From an uncultured Phycisphaerales bacterium (GTDB taxonomy: Bacteria; Planctomycetota; Phycisphaerae; Sedimentisphaerales; Anaerobacaceae), in the NCBI GenBank assembly GCA_963718665.1, contig OY970359.1, forward strand, positions 864,001 through 928,000: 64,000 nucleotides of DNA, read 5' to 3'. The notes under the pieces are model-generated. The model searched no databases and was not told the DNA's origin. It was given only the letters and a program-made list of their open reading frames with translations. Of the stretch, positions 1 through 10,360 are shown piece by piece; positions within the stretch are counted from its first letter, which is position 1, and every line of letters starts with the position of its first letter. Made by a program: the position numbers and the translations under genes.

Positions 1-2023
1 GCCCTAAAATAATTTCTTTTTGCTCTTTGGTCCTCGCAGATTCCCGCAATTTGCCAAGATACTCCGCCGCTTGCTCAAATTGCCCCGATTTTGCGTAAAG
101 CTGGGCAAGTTTTTCCCTTGTGGCTTTCACCATATCCGCCCTGTTTTCAGCAGCCACCTTGCGTTCCGCAAGCTCGAAAAACGATACATACTGCTCATCT
201 GACAACTTACTATTGACCGACTGAGAATCAAACTTGCCGACCCAGCTTTCAATAACATTCGTATCGCAGTTGTTAAATATCTTCAGCATCGCCTGCCACG
301 CCGATTTACCTTCCGAATTAGCCCCCACTTTGTCCCACAACCACAAAAGGTCGTCTTTACCTCCTATGTCCCCCGCAAGATCCATAACCCTGTCTCTGAT
401 TATCTGGCTTTTGTCATTAACAAAATCTTTTGCCAGCAGTTTTAGCGCCCTGGGCTTGTCAACGCATATAAGTCCGTCAACTGCCGCCTCCCTTACCAAG
501 TCGCTTTCATCGTTTAATGCCTGTTCAAAAATCGCAGCGAATCGTCTGGCTGACTCCGGCTTATAGGCGCTTTGTCCGCACAATCTCGCCATCGTCCCTA
601 ACAAATCGCCACGCAGAGCGCTATTACTGTTTTGCTTGTCTCGGCTGTATCTTTCCACAAGCATATCCATATACATGGCGGCATCGTCATCCGAAAGCCC
701 GCCCGGCTCAATCAGTTTCCTGATTACTTCCGCTCCCCTGTGCGCCTTTTTAGCATCCTCGTCATTGAGGTATCCGGCCGCCCATTCCAGCGTCTGCTTT
801 CGAAGCTCAGGAGAAAGCTGGCTACCCGATGTCGGAACAAGCGCATAACGACACGCAGCCCCAAGGGCAACAAATAACTCCGTCTTTACTTCTTCGTCCT
901 GCTCGACCTTGAATTGTTCCGCCAGCCGTTCCGCTGAGCTTAATTCACCCGTCAGCGAAAGCAGCTTCGCCGTCGCAAGACGAACGTCCCTGTTGTCGCT
1001 GGAAACCAGCTTTACCAAAACCGGCCCAAGCTCCGCGGGCAGTTTCGATTGCGTCCCAATCCGCCACTGCGACACTTTATCCAGCGCCCACAGCCGAATC
1101 ATAGATTCAGAATTGTTCAATTGCTCTACCAGAAATTTACCTCGCTGCCCATCGTCGCTGATTCCTTCATATATCCTGTCCAGCGAACCTAAATAAAGCT
1201 TTCGCCACTGGTCTCGTTCCTTCTCCAGGTCATTTACCCGTGATTCCTGCCGAATAAGCCAGTCGCGCTGAAACCGCTCCATTCCCTTCGTTCGCAGCTC
1301 GCTCAATATCTGCGCCCGTCTCCTCGCGTCTCTGCTGACGGGTACGCCTAACGACTGAAGCGCATCACCTGCGGCGTCTGAAACCTGCTTATCCTTATCC
1401 TCTACAAGCTCGGCTATCCGCGTTATAGCTCTTATATCGAGCTGCGCCTTCATCGCATATATCGCGTTTAATCGTGCCTTGACAGGCATCGATTCGTCCT
1501 TTGCCATTGGCTCCAGAACATTCGCTATCGCGTCATAATCGAAAATCAGCAATGCCTCTGCTGCGAATTTGGCGGGATTTCCTTCTTCCGTTTTCAAAAT
1601 ATTTGCCAACGGCTCAATAAAATCATTTTTGTTCTTTATCAGCCGCCTGGTCTCCCTGCTGACTGTCAGCGCCCTGCAAACCGCCATCCTCGCCTGCTTG
1701 TTTTCCGATTGGTTTAATGCTTCTATCAGTATCTGCCTTGCGCGGGTGCTATCGCTAAAAAGCATCACCGTAGCGGCATCCAGGCGAACGTCATCCGTCG
1801 CCCCTCTCAGCAACGCCTCCTGGTTTACCTTCAATTGCGTGTCCGTCTCACCGCTCGGCAATGTCTCCGCCAAAGGCGCAGGGGCAGGTATATTTGTATT
1901 CTCAACTCTCTTGGTCGCCCCCTGCTCGCATCCCGCCAATAATAATAAGATAACCAAATAATATCGTCGTATCATTATTCCAAGCATCTTTCCGAACTGA
2001 TTATTCATCATTACGTCCATCAT
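1..2023 (-). CDS. HEAT-repeat lipoprotein (3' end runs off the window)
   Basis: Translated by hand at both ends; absent from the ORF track because no stop lies in the window. Reads MIRRYYLVILLLLAGC (lipobox, ATG 1975; in-frame ATGs up to 2023), followed by HEAT-like helical motifs such as DDVRLDAATVML and ARMAVCRAL. Confidence 0.75.
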   Translation of the reverse strand, partial: MMDVMMNNQFGKMLGIMIRRYYLVILLLLAGCEQGATKRVENTNIPAPAPLAETLPSGETDTQLKVNQEALLRGATDDVRLDAATVMLFSDSTRARQILIEALNQSENKQARMAVCRALTVSRETRRLIKNKNDFIEPLANILKTEEGNPAKFAAEALLIFDYDAIANVLEPMAKDESMPVKARLNAIYAMKAQLDIRAITRIAELVEDKDKQVSDAAGDALQSLGVPVSRDARRRAQILSELRTKGMERFQRDWLIRQESRVNDLEKERDQWRKLYLGSLDRIYEGISDDGQRGKFLVEQLNNSESMIRLWALDKVSQWRIGTQSKLPAELGPVLVKLVSSDNRDVRLATAKLLSLTGELSSAERLAEQFKVEQDEEVKTELFVALGAACRYALVPTSGSQLSPELRKQTLEWAAGYLNDEDAKKAHRGAEVIRKLIEPGGLSDDDAAMYMDMLVERYSRDKQNSNSALRGDLLGTMARLCGQSAYKPESARRFAAIFEQALNDESDLVREAAVDGLICVDKPRALKLLAKDFVNDKSQIIRDRVMDLAGDIGGKDDLLWLWDKVGANSEGKSAWQAMLKIFNNCDTNVIESWVGKFDSQSVNSKLSDEQYVSFFELAERKVAAENRADMVKATREKLAQLYAKSGQFEQAAEYLGKLRESARTKEQKEIILG

Positions 2024-2087
2024 CCCTGATAATAAGCCCAAATCGCCACACACGTCAACCGCCGATTCCGAAATAGTCCTATAAAAT

Positions 2088-3026
2088 CTACGGCCGCGGG
2101 TGATATTTCCTGTGAATCTCCCGCAATCTCTCATTATCAACGTGCGTGTAAATCTGCGTCGTCGATATATCCACGTGTCCAAGCATTTCCTGAACACTCC
2201 GTAAATCTGCCCCACCCGCCAGCAGGTGAGTAGCGAAACAGTGCCTCAGTGTATGCACAGTCAAATTTCTCGGCATGCCGGCACGTGCAGCGTATCTTTT
2301 TATAAGCCGCCAGATTTCGATACGCCCCATAGGCCTGCCTGTTCGGCTAAGGAGTAAAAAATCCCCGCTAAATGACTTTGCCAACCTGGGCCTCATATTT
2401 TTCAGATATTCCAGCGTCGCCGCTGCCGCAACCTTACCAAGCGGTATCACCCGCTCCCTGCTGCCCTTGCCGATACATCGCAAATATCCCACATCGAGAT
2501 TCAAATCCGCTATTTTCAAGCCCGCAACCTCGCTGGCCCGGACCCCGGTTGCGTAAAGCAATTCCAGCATCGCCTTATCGCGGAGGTAATACTTCTCCTT
2601 CGGCGAGGGCGCCGCCAGCAAATCCACCACCTGTTTTTTGCTGCATATTATTGGCAGCCGCTGCCAAAGCTTAGGCCCTTCCAGAATCCCCGTGAAATCA
2701 TCCTTAACCAGCCCGTTTAGCTTGCCGAACCGCAAAAACATCCGAATCGCCACCAATGCACGTTTGGCAGACGCCTCCGCCTTGTTATCCTTTGCCAGTA
2801 TCATCATATATTTCTGTATCAGGGCGGGTGTAATCTGTTTAATTTCGCTAATCTTGCCGGATTTACAGAACTCCAGGAAATCTCTCAAATCCCGCCCATA
2901 ACCCTGAATCGTGTTGTCAGACAATCCCCCTTCGACTGTCAGGTAGCTCAAAAAGTCCCGAACCAGCCGACCCAATGGCAATTCATCAAGTTTGCTTGTA
3001 ATTGTCTGTGTCTGGACTGAAGGCAT
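2088..3026 (-). CDS. xerD: Site-specific tyrosine recombinase XerD
   Basis: GLSDNTIQGYGRDL, RDKAMLELLYATGVRASE, GKGSRERVIP, HTLRHCFATHLL, QEMLGHVDISTTQIYTH; the R-K-H-R-H-Y catalytic set is present. Confidence 0.92.
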   Translation of the reverse strand: MPSVQTQTITSKLDELPLGRLVRDFLSYLTVEGGLSDNTIQGYGRDLRDFLEFCKSGKISEIKQITPALIQKYMMILAKDNKAEASAKRALVAIRMFLRFGKLNGLVKDDFTGILEGPKLWQRLPIICSKKQVVDLLAAPSPKEKYYLRDKAMLELLYATGVRASEVAGLKIADLNLDVGYLRCIGKGSRERVIPLGKVAAAATLEYLKNMRPRLAKSFSGDFLLLSRTGRPMGRIEIWRLIKRYAARAGMPRNLTVHTLRHCFATHLLAGGADLRSVQEMLGHVDISTTQIYTHVDNERLREIHRKYHPRP

Positions 3027-3154
3027 AGAAATTCCGCGCTAATACTATTATCAACTTCATCGACCATTATTCAAAAAACCCTTTAACACCGCTTGCCTCT
3101 TGCAATATAATCTTTCGCGGATGCCGAACTGGCGCAATGACTGAGGTATTAAAA

Positions 3155-3736
3155 ATGAATAAATCGATATTGAACAAACTGCTAACCTGCTCGCTGCTCT
3201 TTTGGCTCACCGGCTGTGCGCAAAACAAATACACAAAGACAATAGAGCAGCTCTGCCCGCCTGCCACGAATAAAACAGCCGCAATGACAACAGCGGAACG
3301 GGTGCTTGCCGAGATGCGCTTCAGTATTGAAAAATTCGACGTTAATGTGGGCTACATAAGAACCGCCCCCTTGTCGGGAGCGCAGTCATTCGAGTTCTGG
3401 CGAGCCGACAGCGTCGGCTCATTCAACCGGACCGAAGCCGACATGCAAAGTATCCGCAGGGCAGTCGAAATCAACATAAGCGAACAGGCCGGCCAACTAT
3501 GCATCGATTGCAGAGCAACCACGCAGCGATTAAGCTTGCCTCAAAGTCAAACCGCGACAGACCAGCAAACTGTAATGGCAAACCAAGAAAGGGACGTAAA
3601 AACGCTCAAACTAAGCCACGAGCAAAAAACAATCCCGACATGGACAGACCTCGGCAGAGACAATCAATTAGAAACAGAGATTTTGAAACGCATAGAGAAA
3701 CAACTCGCAGCGACTAAGAAGGAATCAAACAAATGA
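3155..3736 (+). CDS. Hypothetical lipoprotein
   Basis: Signal peptide ending in LTGC; GAGG RBS before ATG 3155; stop overlaps the galE start. Confidence 0.7.
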   Translation: MNKSILNKLLTCSLLFWLTGCAQNKYTKTIEQLCPPATNKTAAMTTAERVLAEMRFSIEKFDVNVGYIRTAPLSGAQSFEFWRADSVGSFNRTEADMQSIRRAVEINISEQAGQLCIDCRATTQRLSLPQSQTATDQQTVMANQERDVKTLKLSHEQKTIPTWTDLGRDNQLETEILKRIEKQLAATKKESNK

Positions 3737-4716
3737 GAATACTCGTCGCCGGCGGAGCCGGGTATATCGGAAGTAATATGACGGCAATGCTGGCCGCCGA
3801 AGGCCATCAGTCCGTCATCTACGACAACCTCAGCAAGGGACATACGGCCGCGATAAAAGAATGCGAGTTCGTTAAAGGCGATTTGGCGGATTTCAACCTG
3901 CTGACCGTGACCCTTAAAAAACATAAAATCGAAACCGTGATGCACTTCGCCGCGTTCATCGAGGCGGGCGAATCAGTAATCAATCCCCTCAAGTATTATC
4001 AAAATAACGTTTCAAATACCCAAGTGGTTCTTAGCGCGATGGAATCAGCGGGCGTCGGTAAATTTGTATTCAGCAGCACCGCCGCGGTTTACGGAATGCC
4101 CGACAAGCAGCCCATTACGGAAGATTTGCAGACGCACCCAATCAACCCATACGGCGAAACAAAATTGGCCGCCGAAAAAATGTGTCACCATCAGGCCAAG
4201 GCGGGCAAACTGCATTATGTTTCGTTGCGATACTTCAACGCCTGCGGCGCAGGCAATAACTGTACCCTTGGAGAAGACCATAAGCCCGAATCGCATTTAA
4301 TCCCGCTGACGATTTTCGCCGCGATGGGAAAAATGGACGCAATCAAAATCTTCGGCACCGATTACCCTACCGACGACGGCACCTGCGTCCGCGATTATAT
4401 CCATATCGAAGACCTCTGTCTGGCGCATCTGCTCGCGTTGAAAAAACTCGATAAGCAGCCCGAATCGATTTACAACCTGGGGATAGGAAAGGGCTATTCT
4501 GTTCGGCAGGTCATTGATACGGTAAAAAAGGTGTCGGGGAAAAACTTCAAGGTCATCGAATCGCCCCGCAGGCCCGGTGACCCGCCGGCGCTTGTCTGCG
4601 ATTCCGCCAAAGCCAGAACCGAACTCGGCTGGCAGCCCAAATGGACCGACCTCGAAAAAATCGTCGCCTCCGCCTGGAAGTGGCACAGTAAACACCCCGA
4701 TGGGTACACCGAATAA
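3733..4716 (+). CDS. galE: UDP-glucose 4-epimerase
   Basis: GGAGYIGS, HFAAFIEAGES, FSSTAAVYG, YGETK, LRYFN, DGTCVRDYIH. Confidence 0.95.
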   Translation: MRILVAGGAGYIGSNMTAMLAAEGHQSVIYDNLSKGHTAAIKECEFVKGDLADFNLLTVTLKKHKIETVMHFAAFIEAGESVINPLKYYQNNVSNTQVVLSAMESAGVGKFVFSSTAAVYGMPDKQPITEDLQTHPINPYGETKLAAEKMCHHQAKAGKLHYVSLRYFNACGAGNNCTLGEDHKPESHLIPLTIFAAMGKMDAIKIFGTDYPTDDGTCVRDYIHIEDLCLAHLLALKKLDKQPESIYNLGIGKGYSVRQVIDTVKKVSGKNFKVIESPRRPGDPPALVCDSAKARTELGWQPKWTDLEKIVASAWKWHSKHPDGYTE

Positions 4717-4729
4717 AGGATACGTGCAA

Positions 4730-6038
4730 ATGAAAGTAATAAAACGCAATGTCACCCGCTTCCTTAGAAAATACCGGATGGATTACCTCGATGTCGATAT
4801 CGACCAGGTGACTGACTCGTTTCTGTCCGAGATGCAGCGGGGACTGGCGGGCAAGAAAAGCACGCTCGATATGATTCCCACGTATATCGAAGTCGGGGCT
4901 GATGTCCCCACGAACAAACGCGTAATCGTCGTTGACGCGGGCGGCACAAATTTCCGGGTCGCAACCGTTTATTTCGACGACCAGAAAAAAGCAGTTATCG
5001 AGAACCTGCGCCTATATAAAATGCCAGGCGTCCAGCACGAAATCGGCAAAGACGAATTCTTCAAGATTATGGCGGGCTATCTCAAAGATGTCGCCGGCGC
5101 AGCACAAAATATCGGTTTCTGCTTTTCGTATGCCGTCGAAATGTCCCCCAACAAAGACGGCCAGCTGATACGATTCTCAAAAGAAATAAAAGCCAAAGAC
5201 ATCGTCGGTCAATTCATCGGCGAAAACCTAAACCGCACCATTGTGTCTATGGGGCTTGGCAGCGAAAAACATATTGTCCTGCTCAACGACACCGTCGTTA
5301 CCCTCCTCGCGGGCGTCGGCTGCCAGAACCGCTCCTTTGGCTCATACATCGGCTTCATCCTCGGCACAGGCACCAATACCTGCTACGTCGAAAAAAACAG
5401 CAACATCAAAAAGACAAGGAATCTTGACCTTTTGAAAAGCCAGATTATCAATACCGAATCAGGCAACTTCGGCAAAATCAAACAGGGTAAAATCGACGCC
5501 GCCTTCGACAAATCAACCGTTAATCCCGCTGTCCACAAATTCGAGAAGATGATTTCCGGCGACATACCTCGGCCCCCTGTATCTGGCCACCATTCACAAG
5601 GCCTGCGATGATAACCTGTTCTCAACAGGCGTCGCAAACGCACTTTGGCAAATCTCCGAACTCGACACAAAAGCTCTGAATGCCTTTTTACTCTATCCCT
5701 ATGGACAAAACCTTCTCGTCGACGCCGCAAAACAGGGCAACGCCGACGATTGCCTTACCTTATATTATATAGCCGACCGATTAACCGAACGCGCCGCCAA
5801 ACTCACCGCCATCAACCTCTCCGCTATGGCAATCAAATCCGGCTCTGGAACCGACCCTTCACGCCCAATCTGCATCGTCGCCGAAGGTACAACCTTTTAC
5901 CAGATGAAAGGCTTGAAAAATCGCGTCGAGTTTTATCTCAAGCAATATCTCGAAAACAAACTTGGCATTCACTACGAGATTATCAGCGTCGATAACGCAA
6001 CCCTCATCGGCGCGGCAATTGCAGGTTTAACGAATTGA
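4730..6038 (+). pseudogene. Hexokinase (Hexokinase_1/2 family) with a +1 frameshift near 5562, possibly a sequencing indel
   Basis: LDMIPTY, VDAGGTNFRV, GFCFSY, LLNDT, GFILGTGTNTCYVE, INTESG. Removing one A at about 5562 restores FEKMISGAYLG and reads through RAAKL and ATLIGAAIAG to the stop at 6038. Confidence 0.85.
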
Positions 6039-6157
6039 TATCCCCTTGAAGGGCTATCCACATTTTTGCCTTTTCACTTTCCCCCTTGCTTTCCCCGCTT
6101 ATACTTATAATAATAAGGAGCAGGAGAACTTAAATCTTCAGTGTAAGGACAAATGCT

Positions 6158-6685
6158 ATGACTGGCAAAGAATTCGTCAAACGGATGGCAAACGGAAAAT
6201 CCGATATTATCCAGGTTTTTCTGGACATCCTTTCCAAAACTGGCTCGCGGTATTGCCTGATTGGTGGACTTGCCGTAAACGCTTATGTCGAGCCGGTCGT
6301 AAGTTTGGATATGGATGTCGTCGCGGCCAATGAAGATGTCAATGCCATTTGCAAGGCAGCCAAAGAACAAGGACTCAAAATCGAGCAATTCGAGCATAGC
6401 GTCAATCTCACCAGCGCCAATTCCGACCTGCGGATTCAACTTCAGTCAGACCCGCGTTACCAAAAGTTTGTTTCAAATGCCGATGGCAGAAACGTGCTGG
6501 GCTATACGATGAGGGTCGCACGAATCGAAGACGTGCTACAGGGCAAGGTCTGGGCATATTCGGATAAAACCCGGCGCAAAAGCAAACGCCAAAAGGACTT
6601 GGCCGATATTTTTCGTATCGTCGAAAAATTCCCCCAGCTCGAAGCATCCCTGCCGCAAACCATCCGGGAAGAACTAAACAAATAA
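6158..6685 (+). CDS. Minimal nucleotidyltransferase-fold protein (AbiEii/DUF6036-like)
   Basis: LIGGLAVNAY...SLDMDVV (GG plus DxD) and C-terminal RQKDLADI, typical of this family. Confidence 0.65.
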   Translation: MTGKEFVKRMANGKSDIIQVFLDILSKTGSRYCLIGGLAVNAYVEPVVSLDMDVVAANEDVNAICKAAKEQGLKIEQFEHSVNLTSANSDLRIQLQSDPRYQKFVSNADGRNVLGYTMRVARIEDVLQGKVWAYSDKTRRKSKRQKDLADIFRIVEKFPQLEASLPQTIREELNK

Positions 6686-6710
6686 ACAGCAAAGGACAGG
6701 AGGAAACTCA

Positions 6711-7427
6711 ATGATTGAAGCAGTAGTTTTTGACATTGGCGGCGTACTTGCTCACGACGTTTGGGAAAACCTTCTCCCCCATATTGCCGACAAAGAAGAG
6801 TTAAACAAAGAACAAGTGAAAAGTATCGGGGCCCTACTCTGGGAAGCATTTGCCTACAGACCCGAAACAATACTGAACTCTTGGCGAGATCTCGAGAACC
6901 AATACTGGAGTCTGTTCGTTAAATCACTGTGGGGTAAGTCCATAAAAAAAGAAGAGGTAAAAGAAAAAGTAGAGAAATTCATTAAACTCACAGATGATTT
7001 CATCAAAGACGTGGATGCAGAAAAGATGATGAAGCTTTTGACCGGTCTACAATCAAACGGTGTCAAATTAGCAATATGTTCTAACAACAACGAATTCTGG
7101 TACAGGTATCAGATGGACAAACTCAAACTATGTCGATACTTCAGTCCGTCCAAAGTTATTCTATCGTGCAAAATCGGCGTATCAAAGTCAAGCCCTCATT
7201 TCGAAATGTTCCATGCAGTCGTAGATGCGCTTCAACTTACGCCAAACAAGTGTTTGTTTGTGGACGACCGAGTTGACAATGTAAACCGTGCAGAGGAGTG
7301 CGGAATGCAGGGGATCCTTTTTTCCGAGAATCCCAAAGAAATTGAGAAGATTAAGAAAAAGGAGAAGGTCGTAAAAAATGTAGAAGAACTCAAATGTTTC
7401 CTGAAAGAGAAAAAACTAGTCGATTAA
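6711..7427 (+). CDS. HAD-superfamily hydrolase (subfamily IA)
   Basis: VVFDIGGVL, ICSNN, GVSK, LFVDDRVDNV...GMQGI. Confidence 0.85.
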   Translation: MIEAVVFDIGGVLAHDVWENLLPHIADKEELNKEQVKSIGALLWEAFAYRPETILNSWRDLENQYWSLFVKSLWGKSIKKEEVKEKVEKFIKLTDDFIKDVDAEKMMKLLTGLQSNGVKLAICSNNNEFWYRYQMDKLKLCRYFSPSKVILSCKIGVSKSSPHFEMFHAVVDALQLTPNKCLFVDDRVDNVNRAEECGMQGILFSENPKEIEKIKKKEKVVKNVEELKCFLKEKKLVD

Positions 7428-7453
7428 ATAATCCTTAAAAATAGGCCAAAGGA

Positions 7454-7579
7454 TTACCCCTTTTCTTCTTCTTTCAGCATCTCGTTCACCGCCCCGGAGC
7501 AGAAGCCCTGTAAATCAATCGTGATGTATTTGAAGCCGAGGGATTTCAATCTTTGTATTGCCTGAAGGCGAAGGATCAT
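7454..7579 (-). pseudogene. larE: C-terminal remnant of a LarE-like sacrificial sulfur transferase
   Basis: Manual translation [41 protein letters not shown] matches the LarE C-terminal motif LGFxYVTxDLxGFRSGSMNE; only 41 aa long. Confidence 0.6.
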
Positions 7580-8817
7580 AAATCGTTGTCTAAGATGTGG
7601 CCGAAGCGATATTTCTTGGTGCGCAAATAGTCGATATTGTGGGGCGTTGGGGTTGCCTGAAGAGGAATCTGCTCGACGATTTTTATGCCGTAAACTTCGA
7701 GCCGATTGATTTTCTTCGGATTGTTGGTGAGTATTTTAATCTGCTTGAGGCCCAGGTCGCGAAGAATCTGTGCGCCTATGCCGTAATCGCGTTTGTCTGG
7801 CGAAAAGCCAAGCTCGATATTCGCATCAACAGTATCAAAGCCCTGCTCCTGTAACTTATACGCGTGAAGTTTATTTGTCAGGCCTATCCCCCTGCCCTCC
7901 TGCCTGAGATAAACAAGTGCGCCTTTACCTGCCTTTTCAATCAACTGCAATGCGGCTTCCAACTGCCTGCCGCATTCGCACCGCTGCGAGCGGAACAAAT
8001 CCCCCGTCATACATTCCGAGTGTACCCGGACAAGAACCGGCTCATCATGCTGAATTGGTTTGCCCGATTCATCCAGCTCGCCTACCCCGCCCTTACAAAT
8101 CGCAAGATGCGGCTCAGGCGATGAAAGCGATTCGTAAGCGATGAGTTTGAAATCACCAAAATCAGTCGGCAAATGAACCGCCTCGACTCGCTTTACCTGC
8201 GTCTCTCGTTGCAGCCGATACTCAACCAGCTTGGCAATCGAGGTAATTTTCAGATTATGCTTTTTGCAAAATTCAAGCAGTTCCGGCACGCGGGCCATCG
8301 ACCCGTCGTCGTTCATAATCTCGCAAATCACCGCCGCCGGCTTCATCCCCCCCAGATGCATCAGGTCAATCGCCCCTTCGGTCTGCCCCGCGCGAACCAG
8401 CACACCGCCCTCACGTGCCCGAAGCGGAAAAATATGCCCCGGTCGGGCAAAATCTGCGGGCCTCGTTTTATCGGCAATCGCCATCTGCACTGTGTGCGCC
8501 CTGTCCGCCGCGCTAATACCAGTGGTAACACCTTCAGCCGCATCGATACTGACGGTGAAAGCGGTATGCAGCCGAGCGGTGTTATCCTGGACCTGCGGAT
8601 GAAGCCCGAGGGCGTCGCATTTCTCGCCCGTCAAAGGCAGGCATATCAGCCCCCGCCCGAATTTCGCCATAAAATTGATAATCTGAGGCGTAACCTTTTC
8701 CGCCGCACAGACAAGGTCTCCCTCGTTCTCGCGGTCCTCATCATCAACAAGGATAATCATTTTGCCCGCGCGAAGCTCGTCAAGCACTTCCGGTATCTGG
8801 CTAAAATTTACTGACAT
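7576..8817 (-). CDS. ribBA: Bifunctional DHBP synthase / GTP cyclohydrolase II
   Basis: [34 protein letters not shown]...[23 protein letters not shown]. Confidence 0.96.
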   Translation of the reverse strand: MSVNFSQIPEVLDELRAGKMIILVDDEDRENEGDLVCAAEKVTPQIINFMAKFGRGLICLPLTGEKCDALGLHPQVQDNTARLHTAFTVSIDAAEGVTTGISAADRAHTVQMAIADKTRPADFARPGHIFPLRAREGGVLVRAGQTEGAIDLMHLGGMKPAAVICEIMNDDGSMARVPELLEFCKKHNLKITSIAKLVEYRLQRETQVKRVEAVHLPTDFGDFKLIAYESLSSPEPHLAICKGGVGELDESGKPIQHDEPVLVRVHSECMTGDLFRSQRCECGRQLEAALQLIEKAGKGALVYLRQEGRGIGLTNKLHAYKLQEQGFDTVDANIELGFSPDKRDYGIGAQILRDLGLKQIKILTNNPKKINRLEVYGIKIVEQIPLQATPTPHNIDYLRTKKYRFGHILDNDL

Positions 8818-8874
8818 ATAATAAGGATTAACAGGAATAGAGCATTTGGTCAAGGGTTGGCTGCGTTTCGCCGA

Positions 8875-10293
8875 TTAGCGGGACAGGTATTTGTGAATGT
8901 TTTGGGCGGCTTTTTTGCCGTCGCCCATCGCCAAAATTACCGTCGCCGAGCCGCGGACAATATCTCCGCCCGCGAATACACCGGGGATACTGGTCATAAG
9001 ATTTTCATTGGTCTCTATATAGCCCCACTTGTTGAGTTTCAGGCCCGGTGTCGTCTTGGTCAGCAGCGGATTTGCGCCAATACCTATCGCTACAATCACG
9101 AGGTCACAATCGATTACGAATTCCGAGCCGGGAATCGGCACAGGCCGCCGTCTGCCCGAAGCATCCGGCTCGCCCAACTGCATCCTGATACATTTTAGCC
9201 CTGCAACCCAGCCGTCTTTATCGCCGAGGACTTCCAGCGGCGCAGTCAACATCTCGAACCTGATTACCTCCTCTTCCGCATGATGCACTTCCTCGACGCG
9301 GGCGGGCATCTCTTTTCTGCCGCGACGATAAACAATTATGCTTTCGTCCGCCCCCAGTCGTTTGCTCGTCCGCACCGCGTCCATAGCGGTATTGCCGCCC
9401 CCGATAACGCAAACGCGTCTGCCCCGTATAATCGGCGTATCCGATTCAGGGTTGTATGCCTCCATAAGATTGGCACGCGTGAGATATTCGTTGGCGGAAT
9501 AAACACCTTTGAAGTTCTCGCCCGGTATATTCATAAACTCAGGCAGCCCCGCGCCGACTGCGATAAATACCGCTTCGAATTTCTCATCATTCATAAGCTG
9601 CGGTATCGTTACCGTCCTGCCCACGATAACGTTTGTCTCGATATTTACGCCCATCGCCTTGAGATTGCGAATCTCGGCATCGACGATTTTCTTGGGCATA
9701 CGAAATTCCGGTATTCCATAAACAAGCACACCGCCCGCCTTGTGAAACGCCTCGAAAATGGTTACATCGTAACCGAGTTTGGCTAACTGGCCCGCGCAGG
9801 TAATCCCCGCCGGCCCTGAACCGATGCACGCGACCTTTTTACCTGTCTTCTTAACAGCCGTCGGCTTGGTTTTCGATGAGTGCTGCATCTGGTAATCAGC
9901 GACGAATCGTTCGAGCCAGCCGATTGCAACTGGCGCTTCGCTTTTGCAGCGCACGCATAACGCCTCGCACTGAATCTCCTGCGGGCACACCCGTCCCGTT
10001 ACCGCGGGCAGGTCGTTATCCCTGCGAACCAGTTCCGCCGCCGCGAGAAAATCACCTTCCGCGACGAGCTTGGCAAAACCGGGTATGTCGATACCAACGG
10101 GACAGCCCTCGACGCACTTCGGATTTTTGCACTGAAGGCATCGCTGCGCCTCGCGGATTGCGACCTGCTCACCAAGACCCAGGTTGACCTCCTTGAAGTC
10201 CCTGCTTCGCTCAATGCCATCACGCTGCGGCATCTGCTGTCGCGGTATCGCCATCCGTTCTTTTGCCGTCATTTTTTTTGACTCGTTACTCAT
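8875..10293 (-). CDS. nfnB: NfnB/SudA-type large subunit (GltD-like Fe-S flavoprotein)
   Basis: RCLQCKNPKCVEGCPV, GRVCPQEIQCE, GSGPAG, GGGNTAMD, YRR, FAGGDIVRG; adjacent to an nfnA-like gene with no gltB nearby. Confidence 0.85.
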   Translation of the reverse strand: MSNESKKMTAKERMAIPRQQMPQRDGIERSRDFKEVNLGLGEQVAIREAQRCLQCKNPKCVEGCPVGIDIPGFAKLVAEGDFLAAAELVRRDNDLPAVTGRVCPQEIQCEALCVRCKSEAPVAIGWLERFVADYQMQHSSKTKPTAVKKTGKKVACIGSGPAGITCAGQLAKLGYDVTIFEAFHKAGGVLVYGIPEFRMPKKIVDAEIRNLKAMGVNIETNVIVGRTVTIPQLMNDEKFEAVFIAVGAGLPEFMNIPGENFKGVYSANEYLTRANLMEAYNPESDTPIIRGRRVCVIGGGNTAMDAVRTSKRLGADESIIVYRRGRKEMPARVEEVHHAEEEVIRFEMLTAPLEVLGDKDGWVAGLKCIRMQLGEPDASGRRRPVPIPGSEFVIDCDLVIVAIGIGANPLLTKTTPGLKLNKWGYIETNENLMTSIPGVFAGGDIVRGSATVILAMGDGKKAAQNIHKYLSR

Positions 10294-10307
10294 TCTTGTT
10301 CTATATC

Positions 10308-10351
10308 ACCCTGATTCCCTGATACCCTGATAACCTGATTTTCTGATACCC
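10308..10351. repeat. Degenerate 8-bp tandem repeat (CCCTGATA-like)
   Basis: ccctgatt ccctgata ccctgata acctgatt ttctgata between nfnA and nfnB. Confidence 0.7.
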
Positions 10352-10360
10352 TTTTTCTTT

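Noticed and set aside
20..1961. Short + strand ORFs here, and the many antisense or overlapping ORFs throughout the track
   Set aside because: They are shadows of longer genes with recognisable motifs on the opposite strand or in another frame.
2088..3026. Prophage or island integrase
   Set aside because: The motifs and length fit housekeeping XerD, GC is host-like and the neighbours are not mobile genes.
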